Under the pieces are notes generated by a model. That model was not told the DNA's origin. It did not search any database and saw only the letters and a list, made by a program, of their open reading frames with translations. A stretch of 64,000 nt of DNA from Zygnema circumcarinatum SAG 698-1b. Taxonomy: Eukaryota; Plantae; Zygnematophyceae. Of this stretch, positions 13,392 to 32,819 are shown piece after piece; the first letter of the stretch is position 1; each line of letters begins with the position of its first letter. Where the stretch lies: positions 682,001 through 746,000 of the forward strand of contig CM074804.1 of NCBI GenBank assembly GCA_037447605.1, read 5' to 3'. Made by a program: the position numbers and the translations under genes.

Positions 13392-14130
13392 CCATTTAAG
13401 CAGGTGGGTCAAAGAAGGTTTGAGCGATCGGGCTTTGACCTAAAAGAATTGATGTATGAGACTTTCTTTCTGTTTAGGGGATGTGTGATTTTGCAGCCAG
13501 TTGTCCTTATCTTCTAAGCTGCTGCTGTTGCTGCAGGTCTATCTTCATGCCATGGTTCGAGATGCTCATGGACGCAAAATGTCGAAATCGCTTGGCAATG
13601 TGATCGACCCTCTAGAAGTGATCTATGGTATCACTTTGCCGGAATTGCATGCGAAGTTGGAGTCTGGAAATCTCGACCCGAGGGAGGTGGAAAAAGCAAA
13701 GGCCGGACAAACAGAAGATTTTCCCCAGGGAATTGCTGAATGCGGCTGCGACGCACTCAGATTCGCATTGGTTTCATATACTGCACAGGTGAGTGGGAGA
13801 TGGCTTCCTGCAGGAAGGAAAGGTGCATCATCACACCTCATCCTGAGAAGGTTGGAAAGCAGCTCTTGAAAATTATCCGGCAAGGCCGAACCCTTAGAAG
13901 CTAGTTTCTCTGTTTCGCATGCTTACGTGTCAGTTATTTATTTCATGCATATGCTATGTTCCATGCTCTTTTCACATGACGCTGTATCTGTGAGAAGTCA
14001 TCGTTGGTTTTCTCCATGCGTGCAGGCTGTCAACATTAATCTCGATATTCTCCGTACCGGCTACCGCTTGTGGTGCAACAAGCTCTAGAATGCTATTCGC
14101 TTCGCAATGATCAACCTCGGCCGTGACTTT
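13392..14130 (+). pseudogene. Inverted partial duplicate of ValRS (KMSKS exon plus flanking introns)
   Basis: Reverse complement of about 18462-19214. The KMSKS exon translates identically. The next exon has a net one-codon loss and CTA TGG changed to CTC TAG (stop). Confidence 0.92.
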
Positions 14131-14573
14131 GGGAGGGGGCAAGGTGGTAAAGGAGAAGCAGGACCGCCCTTTTGCTCACAAGGGCTACCATATGTATATT
14201 TTTGTCCTCTCTCAACTATTGTATTATTAATCTTCTTTTATTACTATCTTTCGCTCTCTCACTCCCTTCGTATCACCGTCTCACTACTAAAAAAAAAAAA
14301 AAAACTAAAACCCTTGCACAATCAATTTTTTACCTTGCACCTCTCTCTTCAACCTCCACCATCCCCTTCTCACCCTCTCTCACACACAATGATATCCTAT
14401 TTTCTCTCTCACTAGACTCCCCACCTCCCTTTCCCACTCCCTCCTACACTCCCTCTCCCTCTCCCACTCCCACACTCCCTCTCCCTCTCACACTCCCTCG
14501 CCTTCTCACTATCGCCCTCGCTCCCCCTCGAGTTCATTCCGCGCCCCCCGGTTTATAGCCAGGGCTAGCCCGC

Positions 14574-14990
14574 CCACGTGGCGTCGCATGTCGCGCTCGC
14601 CCACGTGGCGTCGCATGTCGCGCTCGCCCACGTGGCGTCGCATGTCGCGCTCGCCCACGTGGCGTCGCATGTCGCGCTCGCCTACGTGGTGTCGCATGTC
14701 GCGCTCGCCCACGTGGCGTCGCATGTCACGCCCGCCCACGTGGCGTCGCATGTCGCGCTCGCCTACGTGGCGTCGCATGTCGCGCTCGCCCACGTGGCGT
14801 CGCATGTCGCGCTCGCCCACGTGGCGTCGCATGTCGCGCTCGCCTACGTGGTGTCGCATGTCGCGCTCGCCCACGTGGCGTCGCATGTCGCGCCCGCCCA
14901 CGTGGCGTAGAAAGTCGCGCTCGCCTACGTGGCGTCGCATGTCGCGCTCGCCCACGTGGCGTCGCATGTCGCGCCCGCCTACGTGGCGTC
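14574..14990 (+). repeat. 27-bp minisatellite, about 15 units (CCACGTGGCGTCGCATGTCGCGCTCGC)
   Basis: Direct tandem units with variants such as C(C/T)ACGTGG. It produces the 9-aa repeat ORFs (MSRSPTWRR) in the ORF track. Confidence 0.92.
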
Positions 14991-14995
14991 GCATG

Positions 14996-15263
14996 GTCGT
15001 ACTCGCGGCGAGGGAGGACCGGAAAGAATTTCAGCTGCCCGGCTGACGCTCGCCCAATCGCGGACAGACACGGCAGCCGAAAACATTTCGGGCCATGGGT
15101 CGGACGGGCCATGGGTTGGACCAACCATTGGAATGGTTGCGATTTGCAAACCGTTGATTCCCGATCCAACCAACCATTGGATCCAATGGTTGCAATAATT
15201 GGCAATTGTTGGCTGCGTAACCAGCCAATGGTTGCAAACGTTGGCAATGATTGGGTTGGTCGT
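14996..15263 (+). repeat. Dispersed repeat, copy B
   Basis: Homologous to 6870-7118, with an extra CGGACGGGCCATGGGT-like duplication. Confidence 0.8.
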
Positions 15264-15671
15264 GAATGAACGGTCTAATGGTTGATGGTCCCGAGCTCAC
15301 CTCCTCTCTTGAAAGGGGAGGTGAGGCGACAGTGAGGCTTTGAGAGGGCAGGTTTGCAGGCTCCAACTTGACTTACGAACATGCATACAGGCTTTTTTTT
15401 CCTTTTTTGGTCTCGAGTTTGTGTTTAATTCACTCTTAGCTAATCGCAAATAGCCTTACTGTATATCATCCACATGCAGTCAGTGTACGACATCGGATTG
15501 AAAACTGGATGGGAAAAGCCTATGGCAGGTGACAGTGTTGCTTCGACGGCTTCGTTTTTCACACATTCAGGTTCCAACATGTCAAATATTTCTTAGTGTT
15601 CAGTAAGCTGGCCTACTTGCAGTTTATGGTTGTTTGGCGAAATAATCAATAAAGGACGACAAATGCCATCA

Positions 15672-15848
15672 TGGAGAAAGTACAAAAAGCACTTCTTCAT
15701 ATTGAGCAGTGCAGGGAAGCCAATCAATCTATTCTAGGTACAGAAACGAGCAGAAGCTTGCTGGGCTTCTGGAATACTGCAAGCCACCCTCTCATTAGTG
15801 GAGAAAGTAGGAGATAAGATACGCTTTATTCGAGCTGGCCAGCATCAG
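15672..15848 (+). pseudogene. Frameshifted exon fragment of MON1/SAND (Rab7 GEF subunit)
   Basis: [18 protein letters not shown](4-nt duplication)-YSRYRNEQKLAG-(frameshift)-GILQATLSLVEKVGDKIRFIRAGQHQ|GT. This matches the plant MON1 segment as I recall it ([49 protein letters not shown]...AGNHQV). Confidence 0.75.
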
Positions 15849-15920
15849 GTGCGTACCGTTGAAGAAAAGTTTCAATTCGTGTGATACGTAAGTCAAAATG
15901 CGACTTTGTGAGCTAAAGTT

Positions 15921-23892
<7,972 letters not shown>

Positions 23893-24812
23893 ATTCTGTA
23901 AATTATGGCAAGCTCTTCAGCATGTATACTCGTATACAAGTATGCTTGAGACAAGAATAAATTCTTGATATACGATCGATGTGAAAGCATTTTCTTTGTG
24001 CTCACAAGCTCTCACTGAGTGCTCCGAACCCTCTGCAAACTGGTTGTCTAAATGCTGAAGTTCTTTTTATTGCGATAAAAGTGTTTCTGCGACACAGCTA
24101 TCGAACACAGCTGCTTTCATTATATATCTTCAACGGGATGCACAACTCCCTTACATCACAGAAATGCTGTTGCTCGATTACCTCCTTGAACCTCCAATCC
24201 TGTTCAAGCAGTTTATATATTGCAGCGAAATGCAGACCATACAATCTCTGCCATCAGCAAGATGACTGACCTTCGTTGCACGAGCCTGCCTGCCTGCCTG
24301 CCTGCTTGCCTGCTTTGAATCCTCAGAAGCTCAGACGTCCGCCTGTAGGCCGGGATAATGCTGTTCAAAATTTATTCTGACCAATAATTAAGCTCAGAAG
24401 CAGAAACCTTACCCCCCCCTCACTTTAGCGAGGACGGCTGCACGAGTAGGCCAAGCAGCTCCAACGCAGTGAGCACGCAGGCAGCGCGAGCAGCAGGTTC
24501 TCCAAGGAGCCTTCGCCAGTCGAGAGTCGGTCGGGTTCAGAGCCCGCGGTGAGCGCGTGCATGTGCACGCGCCGTCCCGTTGCAGTTTGCAACTTTTTCC
24601 ATGTTCACCAACCGTTTTCGAGCGACACATGGACAAGGGTGATGATGGCATAAACATCCCGTTATGGAAAACGGGTTCGCCGTTCGAACAGAACTGTATC
24701 CATATGTCCAGTTAGTTCCCTTAAACTGCCATTTTCCCCCTACAGACGTCTCATGTTGAGATACAGTACTTGTGTGGCTTTTTACTTTCGTCCGTGGGTC
24801 GTTTGCGAGCGA

Positions 24813-24885
24813 TTCCTCGTGGTTCCCCAAGTTGTTGTTGTCCATGTGCATGTGATGGCATCGCCATCGTGAGATTGACGCCAAA
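24813..24885 (+). repeat. Isolated, diverged copy of the CRE 3' tail module
   Basis: TTCCTCGTGGTTCCCC...TGTCCATGTGCATGTGATGGCATCGCCATCGTGAG aligns with the reverse complement of 6505-6590. Confidence 0.7.
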
Positions 24886-26424
24886 TTCACGTTGACCTCG
24901 TTGGTCAACAAGCCGTAGAGTCTAAAGCTTGTGGATGGACCTTGCAACCAAGTGAGGAAGGTTGGATGTAGACTTTACAAAAATGAAATGCTTCCCTTTT
25001 CGTCTCGTCAAGTGCCTTGTAACTACCACTTGAGCCAGTAAAGCCTAAACTACGCCATAGCAATCCCTTATTTGGTGGGTTCATAAAGCATTGAATGATG
25101 AATTTGAGAATAGCGTTCCAAGAAAACCAAAAGTTGTAATGAATTGAATCCAAGGTAGGGACTGGCTGCGCCAGAGAACCTGCAAGATAGCCCGCACCGA
25201 CGGGACTCTGCCTCCACACTCGGCCTTCAAGTTGTTCCTGTCTCTCTAGAGCATGTTGGTCCTTCGCCTTGTGGGCGATGGCGTTCTCCGATGCCCACTC
25301 ACAATGGTGGCGCCACCTCATGCCTTAAGGCACAAGTTGTGTCCTCTTCCAAGCCTCACACGCCATGGTTCAGCGTGACTGTTAACTTGTGTGACGTGTT
25401 CGTGTCAACCGTGAAGCAAGGTGCTAGTGCTGTTTAACAGGTAGGTATACCGCCAGTTGAAGGCAATGGAAAGCTCCATGGTTGGTTTGTGAGAACTACA
25501 ACGTTGAATGGTTAAGGCGATGATTTGAGTACGACAAGCTCAATATGAAAAGTGGAATATAGTCTTCCAGTCGCCACAGTCCAAGGGTTGGGCATGATGA
25601 AAAACTGATAACTTTTGTCAAACTGTAGGCCTCTCCGTAGCGTGCGTTTCCATGCTTTAAACTTTGTTCCAGTTTCTTGGTGAACATGGAACTCCGGCCC
25701 AGGCCGCCTAAAGTTCGCTTGGCGCCGTCCGCCCGCGAGGGCCAACTTGAGGGCGGGGGAGGCCGCGCGTGGCGCAAGGACAGCCGGCCACGTGCAGCCA
25801 CAACGCAGCATCCGGCGTATGAAGGCCAGAGGGGCTCTTGCCAAAGTTTCCCCAAAGAGCCTCGTCGAATGGCGACTCGCCACGTGCACACTCGGCCCCA
25901 CGTGGCGAATAGGGCGCAGAAGCAGAGGCCCGCTCACGCCCTCCCCTTTTTGCGACCCGACTTGTCGTCTGCCCGAGTCCATGCGATGGCATCTCCACCG
26001 TCGGATCAAATCCTGCTATCTAGAGACACAGCGCTAGGCGGCGCACATGTACCATACGGACCGTACGATTGAAAAATGGCGGTACACGCACATAGTAGGT
26101 GCACGAATGTGACGCACAGGCATGTCCCGTGGGCCCCAGACGCGGCCCGTGCGGCAAAACGATGTTGGCGGTTACCGGTGCGGCAGGTGGGCCCTGCAGG
26201 GGGCCAACAGAGGCCTGTCGTATGCGTAAGCCATTCCGCGGAAGGCACGTGGCAGGGACTCGTTCTTTCTGGATCCGATCAGGGTCGTGGTTTTGTCGGC
26301 AAATCATTGCCCGGGTAATGGCCGCCAGGGCGGGCGACAAAAGCATTAACTATGGGAATACTTTTGTCGTTTCCCGCGTGTTTCTCGTTTTGTTATTTTC
26401 CGACTTTCGAGGGATTTCACAAGT

Positions 26425-26720
26425 CCGACCATTAGACCAACCATTCAACTAGTTGACAACCATTGGCGACGGATGGAAACAACCATTCGAATGGTTCGAA
26501 AACAGTGGATGCCAATGGCTGGCAACCATTCGACTGGTTTGGATCCATTGGATCCAATGCTTGCCAACCAGTCGACTAGTTGCGAACCATTGGTGCCGGA
26601 CAGAAACAACCATTCAACTGGTTCGGAACCAGTGGATGCCAATGGTTGGCAACCATTACACGTCCGACCATTGCCATCCAATGGTTGTCCAATAGTTGCC
26701 GATCCGATGGTCCGACCTGT
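26425..26720. repeat. ACCATT/AATGGT palindrome-rich array with an internal duplication (about 126-bp period)
   Basis: Many AACCATT/AATGGTT motifs. GAAACAACCATTC...GTGGATGCCAATGG.TGGCAACCATT occurs twice. The array is related at motif level to the 6.9 and 15 kb repeats. Confidence 0.65.
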
Positions 26721-27655
26721 GAAGGATTGGACGTACCCGCCGGTCCTGACTAAGCATGGAACTCGCTTCACCGTTGGTAAGTTGAACAGCTACGCCGTTA
26801 GATCTCGCCCACATAAATCCGCTATCAGATTCCTTCCAGATCATTGCTCTATTACATTGAACTTTTGTCGTTTCTGTCGATCGTGCCAAAGCCAGACGGT
26901 GGGTGCACACCACAGCCGGCCAAACCGGGCGCCAGGTGTACCGATATTTGTCGTTTGACGAAACGGCGCAGAGGCTGAACAGTACGGCAGTCACTGTATA
27001 AGACAATTCCGTACATTTTACAAAAAGCCAAACAACCGACCAGCAGGAACTTGGCGACTTCGGCGTTCGGCAGTTCGGCGTCTTGCGGCAGTTGGCCGGT
27101 CCAGAAATGTCCAAATTTGTCGCGTAGCAGGCCGGCCTGGCGTGCCGCAGTCGGGGTTACCCGCCAGCTTCGCGGCCTCTCGAAAACGTGCCACCGATAT
27201 CGTCCGTACGCCTCAATCCGTCCAAGCCGGCCGCCAGGATTCTCCGGTCACCGAATTTCGTACAGATTTCGTACACCTTGAGGTGAAATAATCGTACGGC
27301 CGACAGAATCCGGCCTTTGATCCCACCACTGTCCGTACATCGTGTTCGCGACAAGGGACCAGTCCGTACGCCCAGCTAGCCGTACAATAAACCTGTCCCG
27401 GACGCGCCAAAAACGGTCGTCGCGGAGCGGACGGAAATTGGCGCGGACGGCCAAACGGCGCGTAACGGCCGCGTGTCCGTACGGCGCGGCCTTCAAAGAG
27501 GGGGGCGTGGGAAAGTCCGGCGACAGCACGTCGGCGACGCGGAGGCTGCGAGGGAGAGGGGGTGCGAGGGAGAGAGAGGGAGAGCGAGGGAGAGGGAGGG
27601 AGGAGGGAGAGGGAGGGGAGAGGGAGAGGGTGGGAAAGAGGGGACGGGAGCAGAC

Positions 27656-30397
27656 ATGGCTGCTGCTGCTGGTACAGCAGTGAGACTACGGGGCGTACTG
27701 TACGGAGCCTTCCTCCTGGTTCTTTTTCCAGCCTTCTGCGAGGCAGCAGCAGCAGGACTCGGAGTTGCGGAGTACCTTCGCGGCCATGGCGGGCGGAGGC
27801 TGCTGCAGGAGACGGAAAGGGATGAGAAGTCGTGGCGATGGGTCTCCAACATGCAGGAGCTTCTCAAGCAGGGGGACGCGGTGGTAGTGGAGGACCACAA
27901 GAAAGAGGTACGCGGCCGCCTCTCCGCTGCTTAAGTCCCGCAAGCCTTCGAATTTCGTGTCCTTCCGGCCATACTGCCTCTCTCTCTCTCTCCTCCTCCA
28001 AGTGACACGTGTGCCAGGTCCTGACGTGGCAGGAGCTGATTCGGCACATTTGGCGCATGCGGTGGGTCTGGCCGTCGCTGGCGCAGCCCAGCGCGGCCAT
28101 TCAGATGTGCGCGGGGACAGGTGGCAGCGGCTCACTCGTGCAGGGCATGGTGCTGCTCAACGGGAAGCAGGCGCGCCTAACAGGTCCAACGCTTTCCTTG
28201 CTTCAACGCTCCGCCCTTAAAGGCTTTTACGCTCTAGCGCAGAATTAAGCAGGTCTTTGGTCCCTTCAAGCTTGAATTATGCTTATGGAATTGGAAGAGG
28301 AGGGAGAACCGGGGGGTGAGTGGGAGGCTGAAGCGGTATGGGGAGAGATGAATGGGCGCAGTGCTTGAAGCGGAGCTCCTCCATAACATTGACCCGGAGG
28401 GCTACAAAGAGCTCGAGTCTGCGCCATCCACTATCAACTTGCTCGCCTTCCTCGAATCCGCCGGTTCCATAAGACAGTCGCAGTGGCATGTATGTCACAC
28501 CCCTCCTCCCCTTTCTCCCTCTGCCCATCCTCCCTCCCTCCCTCCCTCCCTCCCTCCCTCCCTCCACTCTCTCGCTCTCTTTCGTTCCCTCTTTCTCTCT
28601 TAGTAGATAGATAGAGGGAGAGGGGGGTAGACCCCAGACTTCGCCTGCGCAGCGGCCTGATATTCCTTTCTGTTGGGAGCTTGCGGCAGGGTTGGGGCGT
28701 GGCTCTGATGGAGGAAGCAGTACAGAAAATGTCTCTCACCTGTCGCATATACGGAGGTGTGCACTCCCTCCAACTGCGCTTCTCCGCTGCTGAAACAACA
28801 AATGAATGAAAGTGGATTCTGCATGATATTGCGGAAGATGACATGCTAAATGTGCTGCTTTTTCTGCATGTGCCTGCCTATTCTGTGAGTGCAGGACATG
28901 ACCCGGCTGCGAGATCTGATGGCCCTCCCCTCTATGAGACGAAAGCAGCAATCGTCTTCCCCATGGACTTGTCCAGCTCCTACTACTTCAACATTCGCTG
29001 CCCCCTAGAGGGAGAGGAAGAGTTCTTCAAACTGCCAGATTTCCAGGTAAGAAGGAGAAAAAAAAACAAAAATGTACGACGAGTAGAAGACAGAGAAATA
29101 GAGCGAGAATAGAACGTGGACGTAGAAGACCTATGTCTATCGATAACCTGAACTCACCCACCCCTCTCTCTCTCTCTCCCATGTTTGCTTGTGCTTCCTT
29201 AGGTGGAACTGGTCCTTCGAGACTCCCCTAACTCCGTCCTCCATTTGGAGCCCGTCCCTATCTGCCGCGAAACTGCCGTACGGCCCTTTGCAGTCCCAAG
29301 GAAGAGGAGACTTCACATTCGCGACGAGGAGGGTTTGCAGCCCCTGCCTGCTCTCAGCTATGGGAGTGGTCCGGCGGATCAGGAAGTTGGTCTGAATGTG
29401 AAGACTTCTGCATCTAGTGAAGGAAGCAGCGACTCCACACTCGCCATCTGCATCCGCGCATACCATGAGCACGGTCTCTTTTCGGCTGGGTGAGTCATTC
29501 TAAAGCATCTTGGGCAGTGGGAAAAGGGATAAAGGAAAGGGGAGAATTTGAAGGTATGAGTTGTGGGGAATCTGTTGAGTTGATGGACAGTGACAAGGAG
29601 GGGGAGAGAAGTACTGAGTTGTACATTGTGGTGGAGTTGATGTTATAGCAGACAGGGGACGCACAGCAGAGAGAAGCTGTGGGAGTTTTTGGACTACCAT
29701 CTGCTTATCGGTGTTTCTCGCTTTTATTTCTACGACCGTTATGGAACAGATATGCAGAAGGTGCTGCAGGTAAGGCTGGAGAATTAAACCACACAACTTG
29801 GAAGAAGGCATACCCGTGAACTTGCTGTCTTTCTTTTGAATGACTGCAACTCACTGTTTGTGATGAGGTGGTCTTTTTTGCAGCCATACATTGATCGCGG
29901 TGTGATCATCTTGGTCCCCTTCCCCACCTGGTCGGAAGTCTTTTACCGAAAAGAGTTGTATTACAACAACTCCATAACTCCTTACGAGTGAGTTGGCCTT
30001 ACTTCTGGCCAAGCAGCTCTCTCTTCTCGCACACTCCGAACCGTGATTGAGGAGACACCCCTTATTGGCCCACTTCATCTCTTTGGATGAGAGAGGGTTC
30101 GAAACCAAGACGCCTAACTCTGATACCTTTTTCCCTTGTTTTCTTTGTTACGCAGTTTTCCTGCAGCCTATGATCAAGTCATCAATTACGAGCACTGCCT
30201 GATGCAGGTAAGAGCACAGCACAGTCGCTCCTACTCGCATTCTGCTTTGCGGGAGTGCCCATATTGTTGCCAATCTGAAATCTGAGCCGTCGATCTTACT
30301 TGAGAAACGACAAACTTGTGTTGATGCAGGGCCGGCGAAACAATGACACCTGGATGGCCTTCCTGGACACGGATGAATTCATGCAGGTGGGCAACAA

Positions 30398-30444
<47 letters not shown>

Positions 30445-31594
30445 CCACAATCTCTCTTTCTCTCTCCTCCTCTCCAGCAGCTGCTACTTGACCTTCCAAA
30501 CTTAGTCTTCACTGATTATTTCTCCTGTCGTACGTTGCGTGTTCAGTATTCATCACAGACGGCGGGGAGACTTCCTGCTGTGTTCGATGAAATTGCGGAA
30601 CGCCATGCACAGAAGAACCGCGGACAGGTGCCCGTTGAGATATCTATGCAACGTTTCAACTTTCTTGGAGCAAACGGAACTTCAGAGCTCGTGTTAGACA
30701 GATGCACATCCCGCTGCGAAAGCCCCATTCCGGTATGCATCTCTGCATTTCTTCCTTCATCCTTCATCCATCTCCGCTTCCAAGGATAAGGCGGCACCAG
30801 TTTCTGCCCTGATCTACTAGCAGAGATTGCTTGCAGAAGGACACTGACAGAAAATGTGGTTTTTTGCAGCAACTATATTTCCGAGGTGGGGAGATCGATC
30901 CATGGCGGAAGCCTGGTTTGAAGAACAAAATTGCTCTGCAACCGAAGCTCGCTCTCGGAGAACAAGTGTGGATTCACCAGACTGCGTGCGTGTCTGAACT
31001 TACAACTGAAACTGGAACTGAAACTGAAACTGAAACTTTGAAATATCTACTGGGAGTCCTGTGAGCCAATGCTGCTGCTTCTTGGGAATAGAAAGTTTTT
31101 TTTGGTATTTTGAATCGAACGCTTCCAGTAAGGGCATGGACTTATCATCTGAACCTTATTTTGATGCAGCGGCGTTCTGCCCTCGCGAATGAAGGCTACT
31201 CCTGATCCCGAAGTGCTGAGAGTTAATCATTACCGCTCTACTCCCCAAAACATGTACATGACAGAAAAAGAGGGTCGCTGGAACACCCCCTGCACAAAGG
31301 TTTGTCCCTCAGCTTTCCTTAAAGCTACGACGCAAAGGAGACTGTCTTCGCTTTCAAACATGAAGATGTTGACTGCTTGAATTTAGGGTTTGTTGCTTAT
31401 AAGTTGTTTTGAGGTTTTCTTTGCAGCGGCACAATCCGACAAAGCCTGATTATAACTTCGTGGAAGATACATCCCTATTGTGGGCTGCCAAGCAGCTGGA
31501 AATCTGCTTGCAACCCCAAGCCTGCAGGAAGTTCAGCAATGCAGTCTGCGGCAACCTTTGCACAAAGCTTCACCGAGAGGTTGAGTCACATTAG
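27656..31594 (+). CDS. GT92/DUF23-like glycosyltransferase, spliced
   Basis: N-terminal signal/TM segment, LAICIRA, LWEFLDYHLLIGVSRFYFYDR, DQVINYEHCL, WMAFLDTDEF (DxD), VWIH and RVNHY. Last exon ends ...EVESH*. Confidence 0.75.
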
Positions 31595-32819
31595 TCAGAA
31601 GAGCTGCTGCGAGTCAGAAACTGCTGCGAGTCGCTTGCATTGTAGAAATTGGAATAAAATTTCAGTAATCACTTCTTGGTAGCGGGATTAGGTAGAAAGA
31701 TCAAGCTAGATTGATCAGCGGGAAGAGTGGGAGAGAATGCACTCTCCCTTGGGAGCGAGATAACATTCGGGTTTATTTTTGAAACAGCGAAGGACCTGTG
31801 AAGAGTTTAGGAAAAAGACGCTCCGCCAAACGTTAGGCGATAGTGCATTTACGTAAATATTACGTTAGGATGAGGGTACAGACTTAGTGAGATAACGTTA
31901 GAGTTCTAGAGGAATTCCTTTTTTCTTTAACGTTTCTTGTATTTGGCACTATTGGTCCAAGCACAAACGTTAGTGAATTGAGTGGGAGGATGTGTAATCA
32001 GTGACGCTGCTGAGCGAATAACTAACAAAAACTGTAACTGCAAACCTCAAGTCATGATTCGGGAGTTTTGAAAAACTGGCTATTCTATAATATTCGCTAT
32101 CCTTCCTTCTTATCTTCCTGTAATGATGATTGATAGAAGAGCACTGCTACAGAATACACCGCTATCGCCCTCCCTGCAAAGCCGAGCCGTAGCGCCGCCA
32201 TGGCCACTGCCCTGCGGCTTCTACCTCCGGCCAGCACAGGAAGGAACCACCGCTCTATGTAACTCGTCCGCTCTGTAATGTCGTTACCAGTCGCTGCTTC
32301 TATGACGGGAATTTCTCCGTCATCATTTACGGGATTGTCGGAGGTCCAGAGAAACACAGTAGAACAGGAAATACTGTACCGAAAATTACGGACGAAGTCA
32401 GAAGCATTTTCGACCGTCCGATGCGAGCAGTCCCCGAAGGCATTGGCCCGATGTACAGTATTTTTTTTTTTTTTTGGTACTGTACAGCATTGTATGACAG
32501 GCGCAGAAAGGACAACGCGTTCGTACATTAGCGTCGCCCTTAACAACAGCGCTGTTCAACTGCGGCAGTTCTGTCTGTCGCCGAGCGTTGCCCAGTCACG
32601 ACACGCCACGTAACTCACGGAACCGCGTGTTTGATGTACCATTGGACCAACCGTTGGACCAGCCGTTGGTCCAATGGTTCGGCCAGCCAGCCAGCCAGTC
32701 TGCTGCGTGCCTTCGTGGGCAGGAGAGGAGAGGGTCAAGGTGGAAGCTCAAGGCTGGCCGTTTGAAGCCAGAATTGGAATAGGAAGGCAGGGGCTCGTCC
32801 AGGAGGAGCAGGAGTAGCC

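Noticed and set aside
14574-14990. CRISPR array
   Set aside because: The units are directly adjacent with no unique spacers, the context is eukaryotic and there are no cas genes.
24409-24657. Upstream exon encoding a dual-targeting presequence for ValRS
   Set aside because: Splicing from the donor at 24412 to the acceptor at 23895 needs phase 0, and that frame has a TAA at 24427-24425. It is more likely a 5' UTR exon.
24890-25900. Decayed transposase
   Set aside because: I found no DDE, zinc-finger or Rep/helicase motif in the frames I examined, and they contain frequent stops.
32097-32546. Small divergent gene next to larC (MAALRLGFAGRAIAVYSVAVLFYQ...)
   Set aside because: The frame is short, with no recognizable family or supported splicing, so it cannot be distinguished from a chance ORF.
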